From Negaprion brevirostris (lineage: Eukaryota), in contig JARDVH010000132.1 of assembly GCA_030324005.1 (NCBI GenBank), forward strand, positions 94,149,134-94,213,133: 64,000 nt of DNA. Direction: 5' to 3'. Made by a program: the position numbers and the translations under genes. Below the pieces are notes generated by a model. That model had not been told where the DNA came from and ran no database searches. It was given only the letters and a program-made list of their open reading frames with translations. This document shows, piece by piece, positions 1 to 13,414 of the stretch. Every line of letters begins with the position of its first letter. Position 1 is the first letter of the stretch.

Positions 1-1300
1 GTTGGATTGTTCTGCTTTTGTGTACAGGGATTACCTGAGCAATTTTCCATACTGCCGGGTAGATGACAACGTTGCAGGTTAGGGGTGTAGCAAATTCTGG
101 AGCACAAGTCTTCAGTACTGTTACGGCCAGGGTCCATAGCCTTTACAGTATATAGTCTCATTCTTGATACCATGTGGAGTGAATCAAATTGATTGAAGAC
201 TGGAATCTGAGACTCTGGGGATTTTCAGAGGAGACCAAAACGGATCATCCACTTGGTAGTTATGGCTAAAGATTGTTGTGAATGCCTTAACTTTTGCACC
301 AATGTGCTGAGCTCACTCACCATTGAGGATGGGGATATTGGAGTTTCATCCAGTGAGTTGTTTCATTGTCCACCACCATTTACAACTGGATATGACAAGA
401 CTGCAGAGCTTAGATCTGATCTGCTGATTGTAGAATTGCTTGGCTCTATCTCTCACTTGCTGCTTATGCTGTTCGGCACACAAGTAGTCCTGTGTTATAG
501 TTTCATCAGGTTGGTACCTCATTTTTATATGTGTCATGTCTTGCCCTCCTCATGGAACCAGGGTTGATTCTCTGGCTTGGTAGAATTGCAGATATGCTGG
601 ACCATGAGATTGTGGTTGAGTACAATTCTGTTGCTGATGATGGCCCACTGTACTCGGTCCTGAGTTGATAGATCTGTTCCAAGTTTATTCCATTTAGTAC
701 AGTGGTAGTGCCATGCAACAGCTTAAGTTGGGACTTCATCTCCACAAGGGCTGTGCAGTGGCCACTGTCATGTCATGGACAGATGTGTCTGCGGCTGGCA
801 GGTTGGCGAGGATGTTGGTTCCATCACCCTGTCTAGCAGTCCTCTGAGGGGTTGACCAGTTCAATCTGCAGAAGTATTACTGAGCCACTCCTGAAGTTGT
901 CTATACAAAGTACATTCTGCACCCTTGCCACCCTCAGTCCTTCCTTCCACATTGAGGAACACTGACTCATCAGAGGGAGCCATATGCAGTGATCAGCAGG
1001 CGGTTTCCTTGCCCATGCTTGAGACTTCATGGAGTTTGGTGTTGAGGCCTCTCAGGGCAATGCCCTCTTTGAGTGTATACCATTATGTCACCACTACTGC
1101 TGGCTCTTCCTTACTGGTGGGACAGGACATACCCAGGAATGGTGACAGTGGTGTTTAAGGTATTTTCTGTGAAGTGTGATTCTGTCAGTGTGACTGTGAC
1201 AAGCCGTTGTTTAACTAGTCTGTGAAACAGCTCTCCCAGTTTTGGCACAAGCCCCTAGATGTTAGTCCAATTGATAGGGCTGGGTTTGTTGCTGTTGTTT
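1..1300 (-). mobile_element. Degraded CR1-group LINE fragment
   Basis: Minus-strand remnants such as CAEQHKQQVRDRAKQFYNQQIRSKLCS..SSCKWWWTMKQLTG resemble the CR1 ORF2 EN-RT linker. Frame is broken; boundaries approximate. Confidence 0.6.
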
Positions 1301-1349
1301 CTGATTCTGGGCAGTCCATCCAGTTTCATTTCTTCTTAGCGATTCGGAC

Positions 1350-1570
1350 AACTGAGTAACTTGCTAGGTCATTTTGGAAAGTGGTTAGGAGTCCACCATT
1401 TTGCTGTGGCTCTAGGTCACTTCTTTCCATAAACGACATTGGTGAACCAGATGGGTTTTCCCAACAATTGACGATGGTTTCATTGTCATCATTAGACTTC
1501 TAATTGCAGAATTTTGGTTGAATTCTAATTCTACTACTTAATGTGGTGGGATTCGAACCAGGGTCTGGAT
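1350..1570 (-). mobile_element. Deu-domain (SacSINE1-like) SINE fragment
   Basis: Shares gacatt..gaaccagatgggttttc and the reverse B-box ggattcgaacc with the copy at 27987-28340. Confidence 0.6.
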
Positions 1571-1609
1571 TGGTTCCCTGGAATATTCCATACACACATG
1601 CAGTAAGAG

Positions 1610-2335
1610 CTGGATAGCATCCAGACTTGGACTGGTAAATGGCAAGTAATATTAATGCCAAAGAAGTACAATCAATGATCATCTTCAAAAAGTGAGAATC
1701 CAATTATCTCCTTTCACATTGTGCTGTTGCCATCACCAAATCAACATCCTGGGGTTTAACATTGACTGGAAATGTAAATGGACCAGCCATATGACAACTG
1801 TGGCTTCAAGAGTAGGTCAAAGGTTGGGTTTTGCAGTGAGCGCTCACTTCCTGACTCCACACAGCCAGTCCACCATCTACACGGCACAAACTAGGAATGT
1901 GACAGATTATTCTCCACTTGCCTAGGTGAGTGCGACTCCCAACAATATTCAAGAAGTTTGACACCACCTAAAATGAAGTAGCCTGCATAAATGGCACCCA
2001 TCCAGCACTTACACCCCCTACCACTGGTGTACAATAACATACCATCTACAAGGTGCAATGCAGCACCAAGTCTCCTTCAACTACATCTTCCAAACCTGTG
2101 ACCTTTCCTCGTGCAGCAGCCACATGGAAATATCATCAAGTTTCCCACTAAGCCTCACACCATCCTGACTTGGAACTATGTTGCCATTCCTGTATTGTAT
2201 AAAAGTCCTGTTGTTGTACCTACGCCTGGCAATCAGTCAGGGTTCAAGAAGGTAGCTCACTATCACCTGCTCAGTGCCATTAATGATGGGCAGCAAATGC
2301 TGACTTTGCCAGTGATGTTGACATTCCATAAATTA
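1610..2335 (+). mobile_element. CR1-group LINE 3' end
   Basis: INILGFNIDWKCKWTSHMTTVASRVGQRLG...STIYTAQTRNVTDYSPLA, followed by a 3' tail shared with the Deu-type SINEs. Confidence 0.7.
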
Positions 2336-2449
2336 ATATTTTATAAAAAGGAAATCTTTGACCGTCACTTAAGTCTTTACATATATGTGATGTTAAATCA
2401 ATGAGTTTTTGTTTCGTATGGTTGTTTATTACCATGACAATTTCCACTC

Positions 2450-2770
2450 ATCATAGAATCCTACAGTGCAGAAAGAGGCCCTTCGGCCCATCAAGTCTGC
2501 ACCGACCACAATCCCGCCCAGGCCCTACCCCCATATCCCTACAAATTTTACCCACTAATCCCTCTAACCTAAGCATCCTAGTACACTAAGGGGCAATTTT
2601 AGCATGTCCAATCAACCTAACCCACACATCTTTGGACTGTGGGAGGAAACGCATGCAGATATGAGGAGAATGTGCAAACTCCACACAGGTAGTGACCCGA
2701 GCCAGGAATCGAACCCAGGTCCCTAGACCTGTGAAGCAGCAGTGCTAACCACTGTGCTACCGTGCTTCCC
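2450..2770 (-). mobile_element. tRNA-derived HE1/V-SINE-type SINE, near full length
   Basis: The reverse complement gives a tRNA head (gcacagtggttagcactgctg; B-box ggttcgattcc), a central core and a CR1-like tail (ctgcactgtaggattctatga). Confidence 0.85.
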
Positions 2771-3544
2771 TGATAACTGGTTCTTTAAAAAAAAAAGTTA
2801 GAGGCTTTAATTTCAGTAGTTGTCAAGCATTTATTGTGATGTATTTTGGACTCTATGCAATTTTAAAAAACAATGTGTTAAAGAATAAATGATGTAATTG
2901 GAAGAACAGATGAAGGACAAAAGGTATTTGTCAGTGTGAGACAAATTATTCTCTGCCTTTATTAAATTATTGATTTGAATTCCTTATTAGTCACGATATA
3001 CACCCAAGGCTAAGATAAGTAGTTGTCTTTTGCAAGCAGTAGAGAATTTACATTATAATTTACTAAATATGTAATGAGCTACTGTAGAATAAGTGCAGTG
3101 GCTTTGGGTTCCACCTGTTGCAACTGGACAGTTGTATGGACATAGAGTTGACACCATTTCATATAATGGGAAAAACTTTTGGGATGTGTAGTCTGACTAT
3201 TTACTTAATGGGTCTTTTACAATGCTATGTAGCAAAATGAATTATCTCCCACACAGATCTTAGTGGGCAGGTTGATGTGATGTGATCCATGGTCTGTAGC
3301 TCAAAGCCACAGTCACACATTCAGTAATCCCTCATTTCCTGCTTGTAGGTGGCTGCATTTGCATACCTTGTGAAAGTTCAATTGAGCTGCTTCAACTTAT
3401 TTGAGGATCTTTGCTATTGAATCAGTGATTAGGTAGTGGGTCTTTGCACTGCCTTATATTGGTTGTGTCCCACAGTTCTGCCCATCTGGATAGCAGGTTA
3501 ACGCCAGCTGCATGAATATTAACTATATCCCCAGGATAACTGGT

Positions 3545-4515
3545 GTGATTTTAAGCACTTGCAATCTTGTTAAGAGGGTCCTAATCATTTGTTCACCATT
3601 TAAATTTGATGCTGAAATAGAGCAAATCAAAGGCATCCTGAGGGATAATGGCTATCCTGAACATGTTATATCATGCAAACAATGAAAGGGCCATAGGCTG
3701 CCATTTTTGGCCTTGAAAAGTGCCCAGTCTACCTCAGATTACCCTGGTAGGGCANNNNNNNNNNNNATTTTTTGAGCAATAGGTGAAACTAGCTGTTTCA
3801 TGTTACAATACATAGCAACACAGCTGGTATTTGCTACTTAACATGATGTTGCCACCAAACCAAAAAGACATTCTGCCTATGAAACAAATGACTAAAGTGG
3901 GAGATGAATTTCAGTGCCAGTGTGATGCTGGTATGTCGGCCATATGTCCCATTAACTGGCCAATTGTCAAAACAGCATGTCCCAGCCACTGGGTGCAGTC
4001 TGTAACTTGCCCATTGCAAACAATCAGCAATTGCTTGCTAAACTCAAACCACAGTAACTGACATTAGGTATGATTCTGCAAATGAACAACATTTGCTAAA
4101 TAATCCACTGTCTGGTAAGAATTATGCTGACAACCAATTTAAGATTATCAGTTGGACTCGCAGTGTGGCGTATCTGCTGTGTACTGGAAGTTGCTTATAT
4201 AATTACACAGGACCCTGTTCTTTGCAGACAGAAAGAACGCGTACAGCTGTTTCAGCCAAACAAAATAAGAACAGTCGTTTGCTGATTCATCCACCAGGGC
4301 AATGCCTTGACAAATCAGGGTCAAGCTGCCTGGTTTAAATTTCAAATAATATTTGGTAGTTAACAGTCAGTTACCATCAACAGATGCATTCTCCATGGCA
4401 AAGCCTGTACTAATTAAATGCACTTGTCAGCCAATCAGCACTTGGTATTCTTACAGAGTGCCTTGGTGAGTGCGAGACGAACCACTTCAAGATCGCTTTG
4501 TTTCAGCAATTCTCA
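3545..4515 (+). mobile_element. Penelope-like retroelement 3' part (GIY-YIG endonuclease), degraded
   Basis: Remnants IEQIKGILRDNGYPE, VYLRLPW, EFQCQCDA..YVG, HLLNNP..KNY..NQFKII, PVLCRQKE; homologous inverted copy at 35880-36360. Confidence 0.75.
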
Positions 4516-4689
4516 TGTTNNNNNNNNNNNNNNNNNNNNNNNNNNNNNNNNNNNNNNNNNNNNTTCTTTCACCAGCACAAATATCCAAAAGATGTTATTT
4601 GTTCATTCTTGCCTGCAGGAAAGCCCACATCCCTTCAAACAGCTTCAATTTATGTACTACACTTAATGTTGTAAAATATTCCCAAACCA

Positions 4690-5430
4690 TTTCGTAGATT
4701 ATCAAACAAAACATGACATTTTAGGAATTGATCAAGGGTGGCCTTGATTGTGATGGATACATAGTGAAGAGGCCATATTTGGTGGCAAACTCAAAGGGTT
4801 GACTGACAATATGGGTAGGGTTGTTTGTATGAAAGACATGATTACGAGAGTATAGGAAGTCACTGAGCCCTGAAAAGGGAGAGTATGATGAGTTAAGATG
4901 GAGGTTGGAATCAAGGCAGATGAGAAATTGCTGGGTAGAGTTTGAGAGAGGAAATCAATGAAGGTATCTCGATAAGGAACTTAGCATGATACTTGGGTCA
5001 GCAGTAGAGAATGAGGATTTTGAATGAGAGGCAAGAGAGGGAACAAGGTGAGAAAGTGCCATAGGAGTAAAGGAACAGAACAAGATGTTATTTTGTAGCA
5101 GGAGCCATGCCATCTTCAAAGCAGTTTGAATGGAGAAAATGTTGATTGGTGCAACCAAGATATCCTTCATGTCTAAACGAATACTGAAGGTGTGACATTG
5201 TATTTGAACTTGAGAAAAGTTTTTGGTTCCGTTTCTGGCCTGGAGCATTGGATATATATTTTTCATTCACTTCTAGACATCAATGAATATTTTCATCCAT
5301 GGAGAAAGAAGCGCTGTCGTGCATTTTCTTTGGTAGATCAAGAAATCTGTCTGTTCTGTCAACCTTGTAAAGAAAGTATGGTAACAGGAGGAAAAAAAGC
5401 TAAAAGTTGAAGGATAGTAAAAGAGGTGGC
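4690..5430 (-). mobile_element. Old L2-like LINE fragment
   Basis: Purine-rich on the + strand, with a tail similar to 41340-41500; no intact ORF. Confidence 0.4.
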
Positions 5431-5778
5431 ACGTTAGCAGCACTTGGCTTCACAAAATGTGGGTGTGAAGATGTTCACTTCACAGAATGAGCCCCAGATT
5501 TCAGTAATCTTACAAGAACACATCAAGGAGAATTTAGGTGCTCCACAAATGTAAGGCAAGTTCAGGAAAATGCCAGAAGCACTGAAGTACAGATTGAACC
5601 AAAATAATTTATGGAAACTGTTCACCAATTTCCAATACACCCATAACTTACACTTTTCTTGAAAAATAAAATCCATTCCCTAGCAATATTGAATTTTTGC
5701 TCTGATGAAAATATTTTGATATTTTGCATCAAACCTGATTTGCTTTTAAGCGTCATTTTAAAAAAATGCACAAATACT

Positions 5779-6084
5779 TCATCGAATCCCAACAGTGCAG
5801 AAGGAGGCCATTTGGCCCATCAAATCGGACTGACNNNNNNNNNNNNNNNNNNNNNNNNNNNNNNNNNNNNNNNNNNNNNNNNNNNNNNNNNNNNNNNNNN
5901 NNNNNNNNNNNNNNNNNNNNNNNNNNNNNNNNNNNNNNNNNNNNNNNNNNNNNNNNNNNNNNNNNNNNNNNNNNNNNNNNNNNNNNNNNNNNNNNNNNNN
6001 NCAGACAGTCACCCAAGGCCAGAATTGAACCCAGGCCCCTGGTGCTGAGGCAGCGATGCTAACCACTTTGCCACCATGTCGCCC
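5779..6084 (-). mobile_element. HE1-type SINE spanning an N gap
   Basis: Tail (cagtgcagaaggaggccatttggcccatc) and tRNA head (gctaaccactttgccaccatgtcgccc) flank the Ns. Confidence 0.75.
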
Positions 6085-6227
6085 AGGTCCATATATTCAT
6101 AACGTGCATATGCAAATTTTACTCTGTTGTGGACAATTGATAATGATTTTAAGTTATAATTCCAATTGTTGTACAAGTACCAAAAACGCTTCATTTTCAG
6201 ATTAGTAATGAATTTAATTTTTTCCAG

Positions 6228-6360
6228 TTGCAGAGGGGAAGTTTAACCAAACAAATGTCATTCCAAAGTGGCCCAACTTTTCCTCTGGCTTACACCAGTA
6301 GCCAGTCTAAGGTGGCAGCATGGTTACAAAGTTCTGAAGATATAGATAAATGTTCAAAAG
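6228..6360 (+). CDS. OSBPL3: OSBPL3 coding exon (post-PH linker)
   Basis: tttccag|TTG...AAAG|gtgaaa; 133 nt; LQRGSLTKQMSFQSGPTFPLAYTSSQSKVAAWLQSSEDIDKCSK. An alternative in-frame acceptor would start at 6234. Confidence 0.88.
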
Positions 6361-6924
6361 GTGAAAATGTTTTTATCTTATAAAATATTACAATTATTAA
6401 GAATGAATTTTGAATTGTTGTCCTTTTTGCAGGACTTTGCTTCACTCTCCCTTATCTCTCCCTGTAACAACCACCATTCCCACACATATGCCAAGTGTAT
6501 TTATGCCAGTTGAATGTATTGTAATTCTATCCTCCTTACTTTTGGAGCCAATCTTCTGAACGCAGATTGAAATGTTTTACTGTTGTGTCTTGAGTGCATT
6601 CACAACACACAACACCTCGACCTGAGACTCCCCAGTCGTGACACTGAGTGGATTGCTGCTACGCGTGGAGGTTCTCCCAACGTGTGCTGCTTCACCTCTT
6701 ATTCCAGGATTGCCAATCCTGGTAGTCAAATAACATACACAGTGCAGCATTCCTTGGTGAACTCAATTGGAGTGGAATTGGGGGAAAACGCACAACTGTG
6801 CCTCCTATTAACCTCACCAGCTCAGAGTCAGCGATATTTGTAGGCAGTTCTGGGGAGCAGGAGAAGTGCCCTTTGGAAGTTTAAACTTCTGGGGTAATTC
6901 CCACATAGGTCTGAATGTACATCT

Positions 6925-7690
6925 TGGGGATTGATTCTCCTAAAAAAAAAAAAATCCGAAGTGCTGAATTGACAGGAAAAATGGTGTAATTTCTGATCTG
7001 TTTTTCCAGTGGGAGTTCAGACTTGAACCTTCCACATTCTGTGCAATGCAGAGGTCACAATTGTGAATGTTGTTAAAAGCTCAGGAGAAGCGGGGCATGT
7101 TCATGCTGGAGTCTGATTAGTCTCTTCCACGCCCCCCTACCAGCCCCAACTGATCCCCATGCAGTGTGGCAGCAGGATCCCCCAACCCCACTGCCTGATG
7201 TGGGTGGGCTGTGCCAAGGTGCCTCTGGGCATTAGGCACTTTTCCCTGGCACTGCTCAAGGGCCACAGGCTGGCACTGCCAGGGTGCCCATGCCCTGGGA
7301 CACCATCCTTCCCACTGCCTGACCCCTGGGGGGGCCTGATTGACATTCCCCCCCCCCCCACCCCACCCCACCTTTTCACTCCAGCNNNNNNNNNNTACTC
7401 TAAGCCCTGCTGGAGTGCAACATTCCTGGCGGGATGGGAGATGCTATCAGGCCTGGAGAATTCAGTCCCGCGCCCAATAATGACACTTAAGTTACAGTAC
7501 AAATAGATTAAAATCACTTATCTCTCTTCCTGCTGGTTTCCAGTGTGGTCTCGACCGTGCCTGCTCTCCGGTGATGGGAGAAGCGCGTGTGTCAGGAACT
7601 CATGCGTGAATCCCGTGAATAGGCATACGTGTGCATCTCCCAACCCGATACGTCAAAATATTAGTGGGTCGCAATGGGAGAATCGTCCCT
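6925..7690. mobile_element. Non-autonomous TIR DNA element(s), Harbinger-like
   Basis: Termini ggggattgattctcc ... ggagaattcagtccc / gggagaatcgtccc; GC-rich interior resembles 25836-26530. Confidence 0.5.
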
Positions 7691-7855
7691 CAGAACTTCC
7701 ACAGGTTCCTGATGTGCATTTTCACTATGTCTCATCTCCCCTGATGTGGAGACTAAAAGATTTAGCCACATCTGTCACCGCCAGAAGTAATGTATCTGTC
7801 TTGGTCCTTTGCGCATGATAAATCAATGAAGTGTGTTTTTTTTTAAATCTTCTAG

Positions 7856-7959
7856 ATCTTTCTCAGTGTCATTCCAGTTTAACAGAAATGACCAAACTTT
7901 TACACAACATGGAGATTATGCATAGGACGTACTCAGCACCAACTATAAATGCTTTGCAG
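7856..7959 (+). CDS. OSBPL3: OSBPL3 coding exon
   Basis: tctag|AT...CAG|gtatgt; 104 nt; DLSQCHSSLTEMTKLLHNMEIMHRTYSAPTINALQ. Confidence 0.93.
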
Positions 7960-8125
7960 GTATGTCAGTCAGATATTGTTGCTTTCCTGAATGAAACTCT
8001 ATCAAACACAAGTGTATATTACTTTTGATTTCAAGATATGAGCTAGGGAACCAAATAAAATAAACTCTTGTGTTTAAATGGATTGTTTGCTGATAAAATT
8101 GCAATTTGTTTCTCCATTGCTGAAG

Positions 8126-8218
8126 GGATATGTCTTTGAAAGTCCCAAAAAGGAAAAACGTGTTCCGAGAAGGTGGCGCACCAAAAGTTTTGGCAAAGAT
8201 GCTAAATCAACACTACAG
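8126..8218 (+). CDS. OSBPL3: OSBPL3 coding exon (93 nt, symmetric, basic)
   Basis: tgaag|GGA...CAG|gtaatg; GYVFESPKKEKRVPRRWRTKSFGKDAKSTLQ. Confidence 0.92.
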
Positions 8219-9225
8219 GTAATGCTACCTTAAAATGGATGTAATTTTAGACATTGTAATGCAACTGTTTTGAACAGTGGATCTAATCATTGCCGTTACT
8301 GATCTTGGGGGGAAAAAAGGTAGTGTCTATTAACAATAAATAAAATCACTTTTCAATGTACATGCCTCTGTATTGGGTTAATTATGTTGAAGTTTAACTT
8401 TCTATTCCCATCCTGCCCACCACCACAAGCGTGCATGATCACAGACACACAGACAGACACATTCTGTGACAATTGTCATTCAAAACAGTGATCTAGCATT
8501 GCTGCATAGGACTTCATTGTATGGTGTTGCTGCCCTGTGTCTATTTCAATGCTTAAACCAATTCTAAGTTTGGAACTTTGACTGAGATTGAGCTTAGTTA
8601 CATATTTTATAAAATCCACCAGAGGCTGGCGTGAGCTTCATTTGCATCCCATTAATGAGATGCAGATGATAGCCAGATCATCCCCACATCAGAAGCTCCG
8701 CAATACTGGCGAGCAACCACACTAGCCTCCAGAACACCACTGCAGTGGATCGGGGCTGCATCTACAAGTGGTTCTTCCAGATTCTGGGCCCTGAAGGGGG
8801 GCCACCTTTCAACCTCAACCTTTTCAGGAGATGCTCCTTCATCCTTAGGAGGTCCATCTTCTGGTCTCTGCCTGCTCCTGGAGATCTACCTTCATTTTCA
8901 TACTGTCCTATTTCTACAGTGGGTCACTGATGTTGGGACGTCTTTTCAATATGGCACCCAGACACAGCATTGCAATATGCACCATCCAGGCCTGCTCCTC
9001 CACTGAGTGTGCTGTCAAAAATCTGGGTGCATACTTAATGAGGTCAGGGTTGGCAGTTTTGATGTGTGTTCCGGCCTCCCTCCACCACAGTGCTTAGTCT
9101 CAAGATGGGAAAATTCTACTGAGAGTTGGTGTTTTCAGCTCAGTAAAGCTGATCTTCAAGTTCTGAAGAAGAGTCATAACCAAAATGCTTTCAGTGAGAA
9201 TAATTACTTTCTTTTATTTCATTAG

Positions 9226-9382
9226 GTTCCTTCCATTTCTGTCAGTCCAATGCGACTGCATGCATCAAATCCTAACCTTTCTGAGATGTTTCATGCAGAC
9301 ACAAAACCTTTTTCAGATGGTTCAGACCTGCCTTCAGATTATTCAAAACTGCAGGAAGATTTCTGCCACATTGCCCAAGAAG
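9226..9382 (+). CDS. OSBPL3: OSBPL3 coding exon
   Basis: attag|GTT...GAAG|gtagta; 157 nt; VPSISVSPMRLHASNPNLS...SKLQEDFCHIAQE. Confidence 0.93.
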
Positions 9383-10899
9383 GTAGTAATGGCTTTCTGT
9401 AATTGCATAATGTGAAAATGACTCTCTTTCGTTCATACATTAGGTCATTAGCACCAGTAAAAAGACCATGTTTTTCTTTTAAAAAAAAGGCAAGATATCA
9501 ATTGATCTGTTACACATTTTACCAAGATACATTTTATCATACTGAAATAAAATGTTATTTTATTAATGTTAATGCTACATTCTGATAGGTTTACACCATG
9601 GTAATACAAATTTATTTTGTAAGATAGGTCCAAGTAGTGGTTGGTATAATTTGAAGACTAGTATTGCCCAGATGAAGCAATAGCTTAGAACTGACCTGGG
9701 GCTGGATTAAATCAGATGCTTATCACTGGAATACATACTGTTGGTTTTGTAAGTGCCAAATGTCTTTATTGCAAAATGATGAAGGTGGAAGAGATGAGAA
9801 GGATGAACTTGTTGAGATTTCATTCCAGTTGAAACAGTTTTCACAGTGGATGGAATGTTACTGTGGGCTTTGGAACCCCAACGTAGAGACCAAATAGGGA
9901 TCTTGAGTCCACTTTTGTCAGGAGCAAGACAAAGGCAGCTATTTTCTCCAGAGGTGGTCTCCTGATTGCCTATCTTCAAGCTTGTTGTCTGATTTAGGAT
10001 GACAGATGACCTCCCAATGCTCCTAGTCTCATCAGATTGTCAGCAGCTTTGAAGCCTTGACAGACCCACTGGCAGATGAGGTAACTCCTGAGGTAGGTCA
10101 GAGATCAGTATGAAAGTGTTCCCAGAGAGTTTAATTTAAAAAAATTCAGAAGCCAAGCAGGATATGCCGTCTGGCTCCAATGACTCCCTGAACTGCTGGC
10201 AGGTCATCACCAAGTAGTTGGCATGTGGCAGAGTCTGTTCTGGTGCTATCAACCAGTTGCTAATGCTGCTCCTAATTGAGGCCGTGTTGGGATCCACTGG
10301 CTGCCTATCTTTGTCGGGCATGCAGCTAATCCATCTACTGGCCCACCTCCGAAACCTCCCAGGTGATGGGAATGCATTGAGGAGTAATCTTGGCCCAGCT
10401 CCCTACTATTTTTTTTGCTGTCCCCGCTAACTTGCCAATCTAGGACAGGGAAAAGTCTGCTCGGTGTGGTGATTTGACTCACTGAATTTTGTTCTCAATC
10501 TAATTTAGTCTCAAAATAAGACTTATCGACTCCCCATCATACATTTTATCAAAGTGGTCCTGTCTGAACGCTTGTCCGAATTTTGAACCGAACAGATAAC
10601 CATAAGAAGAGACAACATTGCCCGGATGGTGCAATGACTTAGCAATAACCTCAAATCAGATTAAAGCTGATGTGCATTACTGGAATACATACTGTTAGTT
10701 TTAAAAATGCTGATGTCTTTGTTGCAAAATAGTGGAAAAGAGAGGTGACAGAAAACAACAGACTGATTGGCATTTTACATGGGTTGGATCAGATTTTCTG
10801 TGCAACAGAACAGTTAGCTTGGTGGGGAAAAGGCATGAAGCGTCTGTCAGCATTCAAGTTTGCTGTTGCCTAATGCTTTTTTGTGACACGGAGCTTTTC

Positions 10900-11900
10900 C
10901 TTCAGGAAAGGATCTTCGCAAACAGTTGTTGATGAGATGTTCAATGATGTAGGTAGCCTTCCCACAATCTCACACCAGGCTCCTCTCCTCTTTGGACAGC
11001 GGTTTTTGTAGTGACCATATAAGCTCTGATGTAGTTATTTAAATGGAATAGGTGGTTGATTCTTAACCTGGCTGCTTTCCACATCTCCACCATGTAATTG
11101 CCTTCAAATGAGAGTTCTGAGGTTTTTGGAGTTTTGACTCTCAACTAGAAAGATATCCCAATGCTTTCATCTTATGAGCTTCTGGATACCTTCATTAATG
11201 GCAGATCTGAATTTCTTCAGACCTAGTTGTTTTCTGATTATTGCTGCTTCTCTTCTGAGAGGTGCTAGCAAGAACTGTGCAAGACAGCAAGGCAAACAGT
11301 TCGGTGTTGATTTCAGTACTTGTGATAGTTCTCATAGTAATGTTCAATTACATGTCCCTGAGATTTGTCTGCACACTTCCTGTCTGTGCTGATGTGCAGT
11401 ATCCAATTACTGCGAAAACAACGGCCAGCATGGCTTTAGCAGAGTTTGAGCCTTACTTTCCCAGCTGGTCGCAGATAAGTGGTGAGTAAATTGATTCTAG
11501 TCTTTCTCTTGATTTCAATTTTATTAGATATTGGTGATATGTGACAGTGTGACCTGGAACCACTCCATGGCAATTAGGGAAGTTCTGTTGTCTGAACTAG
11601 ATGTCACAGAAGGTAGCGCTGCACAAATGAACTGCGAAAGTGAGCTTCTAAACAAATCCATCAGTAATCCCAAGTATTTTTAAGTGTTGTGAATGCATGT
11701 GATCCACTTGGGTTAAGGTTCTCACTTGGATGGTTATCACAGGGTACTGAGTCAGTGGAGTGCCACCAATGTTAATGTAAAAAAGTGATGGTCTCAAGTC
11801 TGAGTTGCTTGGGAAATTGTTATTCAGTGGTCAAAGTCGGCTAATTTGCTCAATGAGTTTTGCAGAAATGTGTGGTTGATGAGCACGGCTTTTAATAGGT
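10900..11900 (-). mobile_element. Highly degraded non-LTR retrotransposon, possibly Ingi/Vingi-like
   Basis: Frameshifted minus-strand remnant KLNITMRTITS../LKSTP../APLRREAA resembles the LNxTMRxIxGTLKSTP...PPxxRR motif (recall only). Confidence 0.4.
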
Positions 11901-12649
11901 GCTGCTGATTTTGCAGCATAATAGTCTAGATGTTTTCAATAATAAACTGTCCTTCCACAATGCAGCATTCCCTGCAATCTAGTCCACAAAAGCCACTGCT
12001 GTTTGTAGCCTGTATTAGTAAGCTATAATGTGGGTTGTGACTGCATTTATATATTATGTGCTATCAATCTTGTGGTGAAGGATCCTCTTGGGGAGAGTGA
12101 TCATTGTATGGTGGAGTTTCTGGTGCAGATGGAGGAGGAGANNNNNNNNNNNNNNNNNNNNNNNNNNNNNNNNNNNNNNNNNNNNNNNNNNNNNNNNNNN
12201 NNNNNNNNNNNNNNNNNNNNNNNNNNNNNNNNNNNNNNNNNNNNNNNNNNNNNNNNNNNNNNNNNNNNNNNNNNNNNNNNNNNNNNNNNNNNNNNNNNNN
12301 NNNNNNNNNNNNNNNNNNNNNNNNNNNNNNNNNNNNNNNNNNNNNNNNNNNNNNNNNNNNNNNNNNNNNNNNNNNNNNNNNNNNNNNNNNNNNNTTATCT
12401 ACAAACAAAATGATAATATAAAATTAACATCCCAATTTACAAGTTGTAAATCAGATAGGAATTTTAAAAACAACAGTTAATATACGCATTCAGTTGATAA
12501 AGATTTACATTATTGAATGTGTGCTCTTCTGAAGCACCCACATGCTAATCTTTATATTTAAGCAAAGGAGAGGCTAAGACTGCAGTTGTGCGTCCAGTAC
12601 AAGCTCCACTAAGACCCACTCAAGTTTTCATTCTCTTGTTTTCTGGAGT

Positions 12650-13110
12650 CGCATAATTGTTATGATACAACAGAAGGCCATTCAGCCCATCTTGTCTGCT
12701 CTCCATCTGAGCATTATGACGTTGTGCCATTCTTCTGCCTTTTCCCAGAACCCTTACACATTCTTTCTTATCAAATAATCATCAAACCTCCTTTTGAATG
12801 CCTCACCTTGAACCTATGCCCACCAGACTGCCAAGTAGTGCATGCCAGACCTGGACCCAAAGATATTTTTCTCATCACATTTGCTTCTTTTGGAAATCAC
12901 TTTAAATTTGTGCCCTTTTCTTCTCAATCAGTTTACGAGCAGGAGCAGTTTTTCCCCATCTATTCTGTCCAGCTGTCTCATGATTTTGGACACCTCTATC
13001 AAATCTCCTCTTAGCCCCTCCTCTCCAAGGAGAACAAGCCCAATTTCTCTAATCCATATTCATAAATGAAGTTTCCCATTTGTGAAATGATTCTTGTAAA
13101 CCCATTCACA
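12650..13110 (-). mobile_element. CR1 LINE 3' fragment
   Basis: gaaggccattcagcccatc tail; cacctctatcaaatctcctcttagcc..ctccaaggagaaca (reverse of the CR1 ORF2 C-terminus). Confidence 0.7.
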
Positions 13111-13280
13111 CCTGTCGAAGAGGGTGTGAATCTTCTGAATCTATAAATTAGATTGCAACCTTGGGTTCCATGTGAAAACGTAGTATCATTATTTAAAAAT
13201 TGATTTAAGTATAACTACATGTTCTGTGTTTCCTGTAGTTCAGTTCTGTGTGGTTACTTGATAACTTTCTTAGTTGATAG

Positions 13281-13414
13281 TTCACTCTGCTTTGAAGTCG
13301 GTGTTCAATTCATTGGTCATTGAAAAGGAAAAATTCAAACAGTTGATGTCAGAACATGATGTTTGCCACTCACCATCTTCACAGATCATTGGCCTGAAGA
13401 CTGCCTTAACCTCA
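13281..13414 (+). CDS. OSBPL3: OSBPL3 coding exon
   Basis: gatag|TT...TCA|gtaagt; 134 nt; VHSALKSVFNSLVIEKEKFKQLMSEHDVCHSPSSQIIGLKTALTS. Confidence 0.92.

Noticed and set aside
2690-2770. tRNA-like A/B boxes (also 31328, 33935, 35338)
   Set aside because: They are SINE heads continuing into SINE bodies; no complete cloverleaf.
13271-13273. Upstream TAG acceptor 7 nt before the exon at 13281
   Set aside because: Would shift the frame; the 13281 start preserves phase and homology.
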